In this document: piece by piece, positions 12,559 to 29,177 of the stretch | Layout of the letters: each line of letters opens with the position of its first letter | How positions within the stretch are numbered: the first letter of the stretch is position 1 | Origin: Prorocentrum cordatum | Lineage: Eukaryota | Reading direction: 5' to 3' | Assembly (NCBI GenBank): GCA_963575745.1 | Contig: CAUYUJ010000092.1 | Span: forward strand, 62,001-126,000 | Length of the DNA: 64,000 nt | Position numbers and translations under genes: made by a program | Notes under the pieces: generated by a model | What the model was told of the DNA's origin: nothing | Seen by the model: only the letters and a program-made list of their open reading frames with translations | The model's database searches: none

Positions 12559-13327
12559 GGAGGTGAGGGGGGAGGGGGAACCAACGTCTCACTCAATCGA
12601 TCTCGCTATCGATCTCACAATCGATCTCACAATCGATCTCACATTCGATCTCACTATCGATATCACTATCGATCTCGCTATCGATCTCACTATGGATCTC
12701 ACAATCGATCTCACAATCGATCTCACATTCGGTCTCACATTCGGTCTCACTGTCGATCTCACAATCGATCTCACAATCGATCTCACAGTCGATCTCACAT
12801 TCGGTCTCACATTCGGTCTCACTATCCATCTCACTATCGATCTCACAATCGATCTCACTATCGATCTCACATTCGGTTTCACATTCGGTCTCACTATCGA
12901 TCTCACAATCGATCTCATTTTCGATTTCACAGCCGATCTCACTATCGATATCACAATCGATCTCGCAATCGATCTCACATTCGGTCTCACAGTCGAACTC
13001 TCATTCGGTCTAGGTTGGGGGGGCGGGACACCGGCGGGACACCGCGCGCCACCGGCCGCCCGGAAGAGACACATTTGGTGCGGCCGCGCCTCAGCCACAG
13101 GGACACCGACGGGACACCAGCGGGACACCGGCGGGACACCGCGCGCCACCGGCCGCCGGGAAGAGACACATTTGGTCCGGCCGCGCCTCAGCCACAGGAG
13201 ACTTTCCTCTCGCCCGCCCACGCAGCTTCGCCTCGCCCGCGCGCACGGCACGCACGAACACGAAACCGAAATCGATTTCCCTGTAGGGGGGCTCTCCGTT
13301 CTACTTCGATCTCACCCCCTCACCTCC
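12559..13327. mobile_element. TIR element carrying a 12-bp tandem array
   Basis: 13-bp TIR GGAGGTGAGGGGG / CCCCCTCACCTCC, with flanks GATAA / GATAT. Confidence 0.55.
12593..13010 (+). repeat. 12-bp tandem repeat (ATCGATCTCACW, variant TTCGGTCTCACA), ~35 units
   Basis: Seen directly. Produces the IDLT/VRSI/CEID pseudo-ORFs. Confidence 0.95.
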
Positions 13328-14532
13328 GATATCGCATGTTCCCGACAACGGTGACGTATTCTTTCGCTTGCGTCCCCAGTGTGGCATTGGCGGCTTCTTG
13401 CGTTTTATGTGTAGCGGTATTGTAGTGCCGCTTGCACGTTGCGTTTAAGTCGGGCCCCGACTCTCTCCGTGTTCCTCCGATGACGGTCCCGTATCGAGAG
13501 TTAGGTTGCCATGTGCTTCTCCTCCCCTTCCCCCCTTCCTCTCCCAACCCTCCTCGTCCGGCTGCCCCGCCTCGAGACTCGAGGCGGGGCGGCGTCGCGG
13601 GCAGTCTTCGCGCGGGGAAGAGGAATTCGAGCCCGGCGCCGCCCTCCTCACGGTTTTGTCCTTTGTTTCGGGGCGGCCCGCCCTAGCTTTGCACGGGTTT
13701 CGATTTGCCTCGCGAGCCCGCGAACCAAAACAAGATCCCCACAAACCCATCCAGAAACGATGCCCAGGGGGGCTCTTGAGGCCGAGGGGCAAGTATTGAC
13801 GCAGTGAAGCAACGAGGCCGACAATGGCGAAGCGAGAGACCTTGGGGAGCCTCTGGGAGCCATCTTGGGGTCATGTTGGAAGCTTTTGAGATTCTCTGGG
13901 GGCGCTTTGGGGGCTCTTCGGGGTCGCTCTCGGGGGCCTTTGGGCTCTCTTGGCGACATCTTCGCGGCTGTTTGTCGAAGAAGCGGGAGTATTCAGTTGC
14001 TTGCACCCCCCCGTCGGAGGCCCAGGAATCGCGTCTGGAGGCCCTCTTGGGGGCGCTCCTGGAGCGTTCGAGGGCGTTCCTAGGGTCTTTGGGGCGCCCT
14101 CTTGGGCTCGTCTGGGGGCTCGCTTGAGACATCTTGCAGCCATCTTGAGGCCTCAGGGCCCCACTCACTACGGCTCGAAGAGGGAGGGCCCTGTTGCAAG
14201 ATACACGGGAGCCTTCCGTGTATCGTGCTTCGTGTATCTTGTTTTGGGGGCAAATTCGGGGCTCTCCTCGGGCCCTCTTTGTTCTTCTCAGCACCCTCTT
14301 GGGCCCATCTTGGGTCCTTCTCAGGGCCTCTCGAGGCGTTCGTGAACCTATTTTGAGGCCCTTCAGGTGCCCTCTTTGGGCTCCTCGGGGCCTCTCTTGG
14401 TCCCCCTTCTCGGGGCTCTCTTGGGCCCTCCTGGGGCCCCTCGTGGACGTCCCACACCCTCTCTCTTTCTCCTCCTCCTCCTCCTCCTCCTCATCCTCCT
14501 CCTCCTCTTCCTCCTCCTCATCCTCCTCGCGT

Positions 14533-14556
14533 TCCGTAACCAGTTTGTTCACAATG
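14533..14556 (+). other. Degenerate dinoflagellate spliced leader at the 5' end of the decayed LINE
   Basis: TCCGTAACCAGTTTGTTCACAATG versus TCCGTAGCCATTTTGGCTCAAG. Lies just after a (TCC)n tract (14470-14527) and ~170 nt before the ORF1 zinc finger. Confidence 0.55.
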
Positions 14557-17500
14557 CTTGCACCGTGGGGGCTCCACGCCTCCATGCGTGAAAGGATCCC
14601 GCTGGTCCGCCGGAGTCTCCCATTCGCTTTCGGGGTCCCACGGCGCCCGAGGGTGACCGTGCGGATTGGCTAGCACCAGTCTCTCCCTGTGCCGTTCGAT
14701 GGGACAGGGGGCGCCCCAGAAGTGACACTGCAAATCCTGCGATCATCCCAAGTCGGGCAAGCCTTTTTCTCAATTTCGTGGAGAATAAGAAGTGTTTCTG
14801 CTGCGGCCTGGCGAAGTCGGTTTGTTTCGGTGGACACATCACGCCCGCTGTGCCGTGCAAGACGCTGGCCTGGGTCTTGCAGCCGGCGTGGGGCAAGGGC
14901 CCTCTCTCCAGCAGCGACGGCCAGCTGGCCAAGTGCCAGGCGCAGATCAAGCTTCTGGCGGGTGAACTCAAGAAGGCACGGCAGCAGCATGCCCTTCCTG
15001 ACAAGGCAACTGCATGCTGGGATGCCGATGGCGAGCGCGAGGCCCCGTATGATCGAGACCGCTTGGCTGCACCATCGCGTCACTGGACGGAGTCTTGGCG
15101 AAGGTCAAGGCTGACCTCCGCACCGAGCGCCAGGAGATCGAGCAGCGCCTTCTGGACGCGCACCATCCTGCACATGATCGACGAAGCCGAGAAGCAGTTG
15201 CCCAGGACCAAGAAGCAGCAGGATGGTTGCCGCAAGCGCGCGGTGGACGCTGAGCAGGCGTTTTCCGCGTCCGGCGCCCGCGCCTCGGAGCGGGAGCAGG
15301 CGCTGGCGCGGCTCCAGTCCCAGCAAGCGGCCTTGGCCGCTCAGGGCGCGGCGTTCGCACAGCCGCTGCAGGTCGCGGGGGTTCCGTCGGCCCCCATCTT
15401 TCAGCTCGACTCCGGCAAGTTTCGACGGCTTTGGGAGCAGGGCTTCGACGAATTCGGCGTCCACGTGCCCGACCTCTCGGGCTTCGCGGTCCAGCTGTGC
15501 GAGAATGTGCCGCAGTGCTCGCGCCGGGCCTTGGCGCGGCTGGAGGCGCTTGTGGGTCAGGAGCTTGCGGGGGCGGCGGCCGCGCCTGCGGCGCCTTCGG
15601 CGCCGGCTGCCGAGGCAATCGGCGCGGCCCCTGCCGCGGCGGACCCGGGGCCCGACTTGGCGCAGATGCGCGCTGAGATCGCCTCAGGAGGAGTCGACCC
15701 TCCGCAGGATGACGACGAAGTTCGAGCGCCCCGCAGCCAGTTGCGGCTCGCCTGTGGCAGGCGGAGTGGAGGTCGCGCCCCGCTGGGGCCCTCGCCCTGC
15801 TAGGGGATTTGCGCTCGTCGTCGCGGCCCTGATGACCTTCAATCTCATCGCGATGAGCGACTGGCAGCGGTTGGACACGTCAGCTGTTGGCGTTGCCGAC
15901 ACCGAGCCTCTGGACATGGGGCCGCGCCCTCCTGGGGCCCCTGCGCCTTCTCAGCGCGACGCTGACCGCGAGGTGCTGAACATGGACGAGGACTTCGGAT
16001 CGCGGTCTGCGCGCTGGATTTGGAACGTGAATCGGGAGCGCCAGGAACCATTGACTCTTGGCAAGACTGGCACGAGGAATGGCTCACGATTGTGCTGAAT
16101 TTGGGCGACCAGCGAGAGCCTGGTGAAGCTTTCACGCGTCGCCGCGCGCCTGCGGGCGGCACCCGAAATGACGCGGTCGCTGAGGTATGCGATGCTGGCT
16201 GGCGGCGTGGAGCTCGACGCCGACATCGGTTCATCAGATTCTTGCGTCTGCTCACCCAGGATGCGTGGAACGAGCCGGTCAGTCATCACTGGACCGAGCT
16301 TGACAACCTGGTGGCGATGTTCCGCGCGCTGGTCGAGGCAGTGCAGGAGCCCTCTCCTCGCATTCGTGGTTCCTCTGTATCGATGTGGCCCTCTACGTCG
16401 CCGGCAGCTATTCCGTCGACTTCGACTCCACCGACGTCTTCGACATCTGCGACTAGTTAGATTTCTCTCGGGAGTACGGCGTCTTCGGCGACGGGTGCCA
16501 TTCATGCTGTCTCTCTTGGGAAGATAACGTCGTCGTCGACTGGCCGCGGTGTGTCTCGGGCGCTGCACGGCGGCAGCACTGCGTCGTCGCCAGGCCCCGC
16601 CTCTTCTTGGTCAGTGCGCGTCTGGGATTTGATGTTCCCTGGTGGGAACGTGTCTCCTCTGGGTCATGGGAGCCCTGGGCCTCCCTCGCCCGTGCCCGAG
16701 GGTCTCGGCGCGCTGCCGCTGCTCGACGCGGTTCGCAGGGGCTTTCGGTCAGAAGCATGAGGGATCGCGCCCCGCGCCGCTGGGAACGGAGTTGCGGCGA
16801 GCAGGGCGCCCATCTCCGTCGCTGGAGGACTCGTCGCGGCGCCCGTGGATCTCGAGTTGGATCTACTTCACCCGGCGCCTCAGGGCCGCTGCGCGGCGCC
16901 GCTGCACCTTGCCGCCATCAGCGGGGGCGCTTGGAGTGGAGCGCGCACGGTGCTGGAGTGGAACTCAGCAGCTGGGCGTCGCCCCGACGTTGCTTTCTTT
17001 CAGGAGACGAGGTTCCCCGACTCCGAGTCAGTTGGAGGCGTTCGTCAGCGGTGCCTGGGCCAGGGCTGCTGCCTCGCCCTGGGCCCTCGTCGCACTGGCC
17101 CTGAGCGCCTAGCTGTCAGCGGAGGCGTCGGATTGCACTGGCGCGCACAATGGCGTCTCTAGTTGCGCGTCGGTCCCTTCTGAGCGGGGTCGCCGTGTCG
17201 TGGCCAGGAAGAATCCCCTTGGCGAAGGATCAGTGCTGCTGGTTGCCTCTCTCTACGCGATCACCTCCACTGGTTTGACGGGCGACAATTTGGCTTGGAT
17301 CTCGGAGCTTGCTACCATCATGGGGCAGTTCCCAGTGCCTTTTATCATTGGAGCTGATTGGGACTTGGACACCCGCGCCCTTGCAGCCGGCGTCTGGCGC
17401 CAGAAGGTAGAGGGCATCATCGCCAATCTTAGTGCCCCTACGTGCGGGGAGAACGAATGCGACTACTTCGTCGCGTCTTGCTTGCTGGCTGACCACGCTG

Positions 17501-20500
17501 CTTCACCTCGGGCGTTTGCCGGCACGCCCGCTGGTTCCCATGGCCAGGCCAATTGCGTTTTGAGCGACGCCCGGGAGTGCCCGGCGGTCTTGGGCGAGGA
17601 TCCTCGGCGGTTTTCTCGCATCGGCAAGAAGGCCGATGAGCCGGATGATTCGGCCAAGCCCCAGGGGGGGCCCACGCGGGAGCCGCAGCGAGATATCGGA
17701 CGGCTTGCGCCAGGCGGCTCGACTTGGCGGAGATTTCTTTCATTTGGCCCCAGCTGATCGGCGCGGCGGCTGCCTTTCATCATCGCGGGCGCGGCAGGGG
17801 CGTTCCAATGGTAGAACAGCTTTTGTTTGGAAGCGCATAAGCGGAGGCAGCGCCCCCGCGATTCCACCGACGCTCTGGCGCAGATTTCCTCGCATCTGGA
17901 GGGCCATGCCTCGCTGGGGGCGGGCTGGCCGCGGATCTCGTGGCAAGAGGCAGGTGGTGCGATATCGCCCCATGCATGCAGGCTCGCGCTCCGGTCATTC
18001 GCGCCGCTGTCTCTGGCGCCGAAGCCCTCCGCACTGCGGCGATCGACAAGTGGCTTGGACTTGCTGAAAGGGACAGTCCTTCATCGGCGCGGTTCGAGGA
18101 TCGAGAACGAGCTGGCCATGCGTTGGTGAGGCGACGCTGCGGCTGAGGCTAAGTTGCGGCGCGATTTCTGTAGATCGGCCAGGTCGGCTTCTGGCAGGGT
18201 CGCGCGCGAGCTGGTTCAGCCCAAGATCGTTGCGCCTCCGCCTGTGACCCTGCCTGGTGACGTTGATCAGTTGCCGCAGGTGGGCTCCTTGGCTGCCGAA
18301 GGCGTCCTGCATGAATGGGTTCCGCTTTGGATCAAGGAGTCGCGGATGGGTGAACTGCCCGCTTATGAATGGCATGTGCAGGTGGTTTGGGAACATCAGC
18401 GTGGCGCAAGGTAGCTCGACCATCCTCGTCTTCGGCAGGCGGAGAAGCTTGGTCTGGGACAAGTTTCATGTTCGGTTGATTGGTGAGCTCTCCGACGCTA
18501 TGCTCTCTCTCGTTCCGCTGTCATGTTGAATCAGTTCGAACGCTCAGATGTTGCCCCTGATCTTTGGACGACCATGTTTGTCTTTATATCTAAGCGGCGT
18601 ACTGATGTTGGGCATCGGCCGATGGGCCTTCTGGGCCTTCTGGCCCCGCGCGTGGTCCGGGATTCGACGGCGCCTGGTTCGTGCTTGGTTGGGGGGTCAG
18701 ATTGGGCGCCAGCTTATTTTGGGGCCAGCCAGGCGACGCGGCGGCCGACCGAGCGGCGTACATCCACGACCACATGGCGGCGCATGCTAAGCACCACGGT
18801 TTCGTTTGTGGCACGCTGTACGACGACATTCGGACGTCTTTGAGAACCTCGTTCACCGTGCGACGCGCTCGGGTGGCAAGCGCGTCGGTCTCGACTAGCA
18901 GCTGCCGCGGTTCCTGCGCGCCGTCTACCGTGGGCCGATGGGGGCACAATGGCTCGGCGCGACCTCGCGCGTGGCGATGCCCAGCGGCGTCGTGATAGCT
19001 GGCGGTATTTGCGCGACGGGCATGGTGAAGCTCATGCCAATTTGTGTTTTTTCTGGGCCATTGCCGTCGAGGCGCCCGTTTGTCGGCCATTGAACAGGGC
19101 GGCGACCCCAAGGTACACGCAGCGGGATCTCTACGGACTGTGGTGGCTCGGCAGTTGGTCAAGGCAGCCACTACCATGTCGTCCCACATGGAGGAGGTGG
19201 ATCCCCCGCTCAACTTGGCGAAGACATGCTTCCTCTGCTCGTGCACTGAGCTGGTCGAGGCCTTGCTGGAGAACCCCGACTGGCCTCTCGAGTTCTTCCT
19301 CGCCAGCAACCATCGCGATCTGGGCGGAGCCGCTGGCGGCAGGGCCCGCCGCTGCAAAACAAGCGCCTCCTAGCATCGTCGGCCGCAGCGACTCTGCTCT
19401 CGAAGATAGGGGGGGGGGGGGGGGCGCCCCGGGCGCGCGGGGCGGGGCCAGTCGCCAAGGCCACGCGGGATGCGCACGTCAGCGGTCTCGGGAACTCTGC
19501 CCTGAGGTCTCTGAGGAGTGCCTCTGCCAGGTCCTTCGGCCCCCATCCAGCCCGGCCTCCCCTCGGCCTCGCCTTCCTCCACTGCGGGGCCCCATCGGCG
19601 AGGCCCGCCCGTCTCGGCCGCGGTGGACACCGCCAGATATGTTGCTTCAGTTCGGCACCGCCGCGCCACGATGCAGGGGCTCCTCCCGGCGTTTGAAGAG
19701 GCGCTCCTGTCCGCGAGCGCAACGGAGCCATGGGGCCCTGCCGAGCAGCCCGTTGCCGCTCTGGCGTGGGCGCTTGGTCGGGTTGGCTGGGGGCTGGGTG
19801 TCCCAAGCGAGGTTTTGCTTAACCGGCCTGGCCGTTCCTGGCGTTGGTCTGCGTTTTCGCCCGTTTTCTTTGCCCTTCGTGCGCGCGAAGCGCGTGGGGG
19901 AGTCATTGCCCCTGAAGAGAGCAGCTTCGGCAGTCGGATTTCGGCGCCGAGTGGCGCGGCACCACGCGTCTCAAGCCTGCCCTAGATGTGATATCTCCTG
20001 CTCTGTCAGGCCCCCTCGGGCACGATGTTTCATCGCATCGTCGGTTCGATTGCCCAGCTCACGAGGTTTGGCGTCGAGATGCGATATGCCCCGACTTGCG
20101 TTGGCCGGCGGATAGGATTCGTCTCTTTTCGACCGTGGCCCAAGAGTTGTTTGCCAGGCGCGTCCTCCCTGATCCCACCCGTTGGTTCGCTCGCCCCTCT
20201 GGGCCCCCCGGCGCCACGGCTTTTCGGCACGCTTGGCCTGCCGAGGGATTGGTGGTGGGGGAGGGGGCGCATATCTTCCGTGATGGCTCGTGCTACGAGC
20301 CAGCTCTGCTTAGCATTCGATTGGCGGGATGGGCGGTGATTGTGTCGGATGCGCGGGGGAACGTTGATCGCGCGATCTGGGGGCGAGTGCCCCCCTGCGG
20401 TGCCCCTGCCCAGGATGCCCGCGACGGCGAAGACTACGTTGTGGTCTCTCTTGTGCGTCATGCCACGCATTCCCTGGGGCCGACTTGCATGTGGATTGCT

Positions 20501-21600
20501 CTGGGGCTCTCGGGCATGTTTCGGACCCCGTGGGCGCGGCCAGCCCTGGACATGCTCGGTCCCATGTGTGGAAGCATGTGTGCGATAAGCTCCACGGCGC
20601 GCGGTGGCACAGAGTGCCCACCCACTGCACCCTTCGGGATGTTGAGAATGGCAATCTCAACCGTCTCGAGTACCTCGGCAACACGGCTACCGATGATTAT
20701 GCGAAGCGAGGTGCCTTCCTGGGGTGAATGCCCGATGCCGATCGCTCCGTCGTCGCAGGTTGCTTCGAGCTGGCTCGTTTGTTGTGCAGGTATTCGGCCG
20801 AGCAAGAGGCTCGGATCGGGGATGGCCAGCAGTTCGATCATGTCGGCATCGGTTGGCTGGGGCACATCTCCTTCGAAGCCCCTCCTCGTCCTGAGGAGTT
20901 GGTCTCTTCCTCCACCTCCTCCTCCTGTGGGCGGCGGGGCGGGGCGGGACTGCTTGGGGGGGTGATGGGGGACGCGCGTGACGAGGGCAGGGCCGAGCGG
21001 CCCGACCTCCGTGTCTGGCCAGGACTGGGACATGCCATCCATGTGGCGAGGACCACGGACCTCGAGGGGAGGGCCCAAGGCCCCCTCGTCTGTTGCGCCT
21101 CGTGCGGTTCGACGTGTGCTGCCTGGGGCCACGGTGGCAAAACAGCTCTCGCGCCCGATTGCTTGCGTTTCCGCCCCTCGGGGCGGGAACGACAGCTGAC
21201 TTTGATTTCGCAAGGCCGCCATCCGTCGAAGCAAGATCTTCGGGTTGCTCAGGCATCCGTGCTATCTGACACGGGCCGTGACTTCCTTGCGGCTAAGATG
21301 GGTCTGGACGACCTCCCCTCTCTCATGCCGCCTCGGTCCAGGAATTCCCCGGCTGCTTCGTCGGGAGGGGTGGGAGGGTCTTGGCGGGCACTGGGGTCGA
21401 CATTTAGCGTAGCCTTGCACTGTTCGCGTTCAGCTCTCGGGACGAAGCTGAGTCTCCCGGGGGTCTTGCGCGGGAACGCCGACTGCAGATTGTGCCGCCC
21501 CCCGAAGACCCTGACCCCCAATTCGCTCGGAGTTGAGTTTGATGCATATTCAGATGCATATTCAAACGACGTGGAACCTCCATAGCCGCTGCCGAGCTCC
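14533..21600 (+). mobile_element. Decayed full-length non-LTR retrotransposon (ORF1 ZnF; ORF2 APE-RT-RNase H-ZnF) with many stops and frameshifts
   Basis: ORF1 remnant K*HCKSCDHPKSGKPF/LNFVENKKCFCCG (~14720-14810). APE: VAFFQET, VASLY, FIIGADWD, PTC..DYFV (16980-17480). RT: FISKRRTDVGHRPMGLL (~18580). RNase H: IFRDGSCY..AGWAV, VPTH, GNTATDDYAKRGA (20270-20720). C-terminus: H..CCASCG..LISQGRHP. Colinear with the intact element. Confidence 0.9.
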
Positions 21601-24600
21601 TCCTCCTCGCGACGCGCCTCCGCATTCTCCTCCTCCTCCTCCTCCTCCTCCTTCTCCTCCCTCGTCGCAACGCCCGCCGCCGTCGGACTGTCCACCTTCA
21701 GGCGTAAGTGAACGCGCCGTCACTTCCAGGTCGCGCAAGCCTTATGGAATCCAGCGTGTGCCCGTCTAGCTGCAGCGTCCCTGAGCGTGCCCCTCAAATG
21801 TGCCCCGCCCCTTACCTAAGTATGCCCCTGGTTTTTGTGAACGCGTCTTAGGCGTGAGGGCTGACAGATGAGGGGCCCCGTTAAGGCGCGCTCTCCGGCG
21901 CAAGGGTCCTGGGCGCGCTCTGGCGCAACAAGGGGCACACCCCAGAAGTAAGGGGCACATCCAGACAAAATAAGGGGCACACCCCAGAAGAATAAGGGGC
22001 ACGCCCCGGCACTATGAGAGGCACACCGAGGCAAAAGAAGGGGCACACCCTGGCAAAAGAAGGAGCACGCCCCAGCAAAGTAAGGGGTATACGCCCTGGC
22101 AAACTCCGAGAGCTGTTGGCGCCGCCCTGCGCGGCCGGAGTGCTCTCAGCCTGTCGCGCCTGGTTTTGGATAGGAGGAGGAAGAGGAGGAGGAGGAGGAG
22201 GAGGAGGAGGAGGAGGAGGAGGAGTGAGGAGGAGGAGGAGGAGGAGTGAGGAGGAGGAGGAGGAGGAGGAGGAGGAGTGAGGAGGAGGAGGAGGAGGTGA
22301 GGAGGAGGAGGAGGAGGAGGCGAAGGCAGCGGCGGGCAACCACTCGGGCAGGAGGGGCCGCCCGCCCCCTGGTCGCCAGCGGCGCCTCTGGCTGCTGGAA
22401 GAGAGCGTCGCAGTGGCGGTGGCATTCTCGCCTCCTCGCTGGCGGTGGGGCCCTCTCGGGGCCGTCTTGGGACCCGCTCGGGCCCCCAGGGGCCCGAAAA
22501 CGTCGCTTCGGAGAGCGCCAAGAGGGCCCGAACGGGCCCCAAGATTGCCCCTTTCGAGCCTCCCCCAGTACTTCCAGACGGCCTCGTCGTGCGTGCTCGC
22601 TTCTTGTCGGTGACCGCGAGAAGCGCGGGCACGCCGGCGTGCCGGCCGCGCCCAGAGCGCGTTGCACGCCTGCGTTCTCGCGGCTCCCCGCTGATCCCGC
22701 GCGCGCTGCCATGTGCTGAGGTGTGTCGCTCTTTGCCTTCCTCCCTCCTCCGCAGCCGCCCTGTCCGTTGTTCCCCCTCTTCCTGCACGCTGGCCAATTC
22801 GCTTCTCGGTGCCCCCTGTTTAGCTCTCATCGCTGGTGCAGGTGTTTTGGCCCCCCTCGGATCGAGAGCTGGGGGGCTTGAAGCTAGCGCTGTGCCCCGC
22901 CGTCTCATCAGAGACAAATGATCGAATTAAGAGACGACGGAAACGGCCTGCAGAGCGGCCGAGATGACCAAGGCCAGCTCGCCGGGCCGGGGCGCTGCAG
23001 CCCGTACATTTCCGTGCGGACTGGAGCGCCGAGGCGACAGCAAGCTTCCGAGTTGAGGGAAGGGGGAGGGACCCGGAGGGAGAACAGAAGCGGTACAGGT
23101 GGAGAGGAGGAACTGCTTGGTTCGCTTCCCCTCCCGCACCGGGCGACCCCAGCTCTGGCCGGACACAGATATGGACATTCTTGGTGGAAGGAGGGGGATG
23201 GAGAAACAGGAAAGGAGAAGGGAGGAGGAGGAGGAGGAGGGGGGGGGAGGAGGAGGAGAGGGAGGAGGAGGAGTTCGCGACGGGAGGCGGCTGGACTTAC
23301 GTGGCGCGAGCTGCCCCGAGGCCGCAAAGACGGGGGCGGCGTTGCTGCGGGAAGTGCGCTCAGACGCTCGCGCCGGTTCCGCCACGACGAGTCCGCCCGT
23401 GACGCGTGGCGCTGCGGCACGGGCAGGCTCACGCATCCTCCCTCCTCCCTCCTCCCTCCTCCCAGAAGCCCGACGTGCGTGGAAGCCAGATTTTCCCGTG
23501 GCCTCTCCATGGGGAAGTTTGCCACATCATGTGCCCGAGACCTGGCTGCAGCACCTCGGGGGAGGACGGACGCCGCCGCGCCGAGTACTGGATAGAAGAC
23601 GCAGCCGATTCGATCCCCGTCTGATCCGCAAAGCGTGGCCCCTGGCGTTGGCAATTTCGCTGTGCTGCAAGAGATCTGGCCCGCAAGGCTCAGGGCCGAA
23701 CGCATGCGCAGACGAAGAGTGATCATCGTGGGCGGGCAGTTCGCGTCAGAACCATGGTTGGTATCATACGCTCCGCCGCCTCCCCTTTCCCCTTCCCCCG
23801 TCCCTCCCCACCTTCGGCAAAGCCTCAGGTTGGGCGAGAGTTAGGTGCGCGCTTTGTGTTAGGTTCCGCTTGGCGCGGTAGAACCAGAGATGTCGCTGCC
23901 GTCTTGCGGAAGAAGAGAGGCAGAGGATGGCAGAACGAAATGAAGGGAAGGACGCAGCGAGGGAAGGGTTGGAGGGAGGCGAGAGAGAGAGAGACAAATG
24001 AAGTGAGGGATGAAGACACGGGAGGGAGAAATGAAAGGATGGTGGGAGGGAATAGTTATAGGGAACGGTGTCCGTGGCCCGGTTGGCTCGAGCTCGTGAC
24101 TCAGGCTATGTTTTTGCCCGGGCATCCCATTGCATGGATGACATCGTCGTCGTCATCCATCCTGCGCCGTCATCTTGCGGTGGGGTGGTTGGCCCCGTCG
24201 CTGCAGCGCTTGACTGTGCCTCGCTTCTTCGCAGCAGCGTTTGGCTTTAATTATTTCACGCGCTGTCATTCGCAGCAGTTCCACGGGTCCTTTTCGAAGG
24301 GCCAGCGTGCTGAGCACGCTTGTCGCCCGTCTTCGGGCCGCCCCCCCCGGGCGTTGACGGCTTCGACCTTTGACCCTCGATCCCACTGCACGCGAGATAA
24401 CGTTTACCATCTCGTTGTCTTGGCTGCTGTGGCTTGCGTGCCACGCTCTCGATCGTGTGAATCCTCTGCTGCCTATCGTCGCCGCGCAGCCCAGCGGGGC
24501 ATCCCTCCGCGGAGCAAGCTGGGCCACTGCGATGCTGCCGTTTATGTTGCCTTGCGGCGTAACGCGGAGGGCGTCGTCGACAGTCTTTGCCACCAAGCCT

Positions 24601-24654
24601 GGCTGCAGAATTGCAACAGCCACGTTTCGCACTAGTCAGCAGATCTCCTACGCA

Positions 24655-24832
24655 GGTTCGTGCCGTGTCGACCGGCGACGACCCCGCCTCTGGCGTTCAT
24701 CGTTGAACGCCGCTGGCGACCCAGAAGCGGTCGATGTTGAACGATCTGACGTTTCGGACACGGCCGACCGTTCGAGGCTGAACGATCCCCGCGGTGTCAG
24801 GAACCCACGCTGGGGTCGGCACGGCGAGAACC
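24655..24832 (+). mobile_element. ~180-bp MITE (GGTTCG...GTCGACC TIR family), copy 1
   Basis: Homologous along its length to 30818-31169, with imperfect 19-bp TIRs. Confidence 0.7.
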
Positions 24833-25058
24833 GTGGGTCGGCAGGGGCCGCGGCCCCTGCACGCGACCGTGCGAGGTCGAGTGTGGCTCGAGCAGAGGCC
24901 GCGGCCCCCAATGCGAAGCGAGTCGGGGTGAAGCTGTGCGTGTGCACTGCCACGGAGTTCGTGTCCGCCGAGAGGCGCCACCCGCTGCGCGCCCTTCAGG
25001 GGTGACTCCTTCCTGCACGAAGGCGGAAGGTTTCTCCGTGAAGGGCTTAGGCGACCCG

Positions 25059-28080
<3,022 letters not shown>

Positions 28081-28463
28081 GGTCATGGAGGCCTGAGCGC
28101 CGACTCCATTTCCCGACGGGCGAAGCAGAAGAGGAGAGTAGAGCAGATTATGCCCTCTCCATTTCCCCTTGAGGGTGACCTGGGAACGCGAGGGTGCTGG
28201 CGCGTTCGCCTTGCTCGTCCTTCCTCCCCCCCCTCACTCGAATAACAAAGATAGACATACAGGTAAATTCGTGGAGCTCCGAAAATGTGTGTGTACATAT
28301 TTACACACATATATATACATGTATGTGTAAATATATATATATATATACATATACATTTGCAGTTTTGTTGTCCTTTCCTCCTGCTATAGCTGCTTTGGGT
28401 CGGGCCGCTTCTCGGCAGGGCCCCCGCCGCAGCCCGTTGTCGCCCCCCCTGGACTGTGGAGCC

Positions 28464-28591
28464 ATGGCGAGGCTCGCGGTCGCCGCGCTGGGCTGCGGCT
28501 GCCTCGGCGTCGCCGCCACGGTCGTGCGCGAGCCCGTCAGGGTGCCGGGCTGGCCCGAGCTGAAGGGGTTCCCCCTCTCCTTCGCGATCAG
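28464..28591 (+). CDS. Exon 1 of triple-domain RidA/YjgF/YER057c/UK114-family protein (signal peptide plus start of domain 1)
   Basis: GCCATGG start. MARLAVAALGCGCLGVAA hydrophobic leader, then REPVRVPGWPELKGFPLSFAIR, which matches the starts of domains 2 and 3 (VPGWPSMAGKVPLSMVTR; APAHWKSGPVPFSFATK). Joins exon 2 in frame across a GA...AG intron. Confidence 0.85.
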
Positions 28592-28606
28592 GACGGCCCC
28601 CCTCCA

Positions 28607-28826
28607 GTAGATGGACAATATATAGTCGAGCCCTCACACATCCGAGGGAGATTCTAAATCACCCCCGCGCCCCCGACATCAATGTTGATCTCAGTAAAGG
28701 TGGTGCTTTGGGGTTCGAGTATTTCTGTCCACTCACGCCCTCCCCCGTCGCCACGCCATCAATATTAATTTCGGGGGGTCGGGGGGGCATCTTGGGCCAC
28801 AGGGTTCGAATATAATGTCCGTGTAC
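28607..28826. mobile_element. 220-bp foldback MITE inside intron 1 of the RidA gene
   Basis: GTAGATGGACAATATATAGTCGAGCCCT mirrored by AGGGTTCGAATATAATGTCCGTGTAC. Inner pair CCCCCGACATCAATGTTGAT / ATCAATATTAATTTCGGGGG. Imperfect GGCCCC(CC)TCC flanking repeat. Confidence 0.7.
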
Positions 28827-29177
28827 GGCCCCTCCCTGAAATATCAGATGCCGTTCGCCTCAACTGCCAGTCTCTCACTCTTCACCCGATGCTGTCAGTT
28901 ACGATGTCCATCCGAAGCACGATCACGATCAAGAATGAATGCCTGTTCTTGCCTTCTCACCCTGTGTGCGGCGATCAGGGACGTTCTCCTCCCTGCCTCC
29001 CATCTTCCTGTCGCTAATGCACTGTCCGTTAGTTGTTCAGCCTACGGCTCATTTGCACGAGTTTGGCTATTGCAGGTCGGCTTGTCTGGCGTGCCTGGTT
29101 TGCCCTGCGACCTTTTGATTCGCGACGTGGTTGTGTCACCCGTGGGGTCTTGCGTGGAACGAACTCTTCGCGATCAG

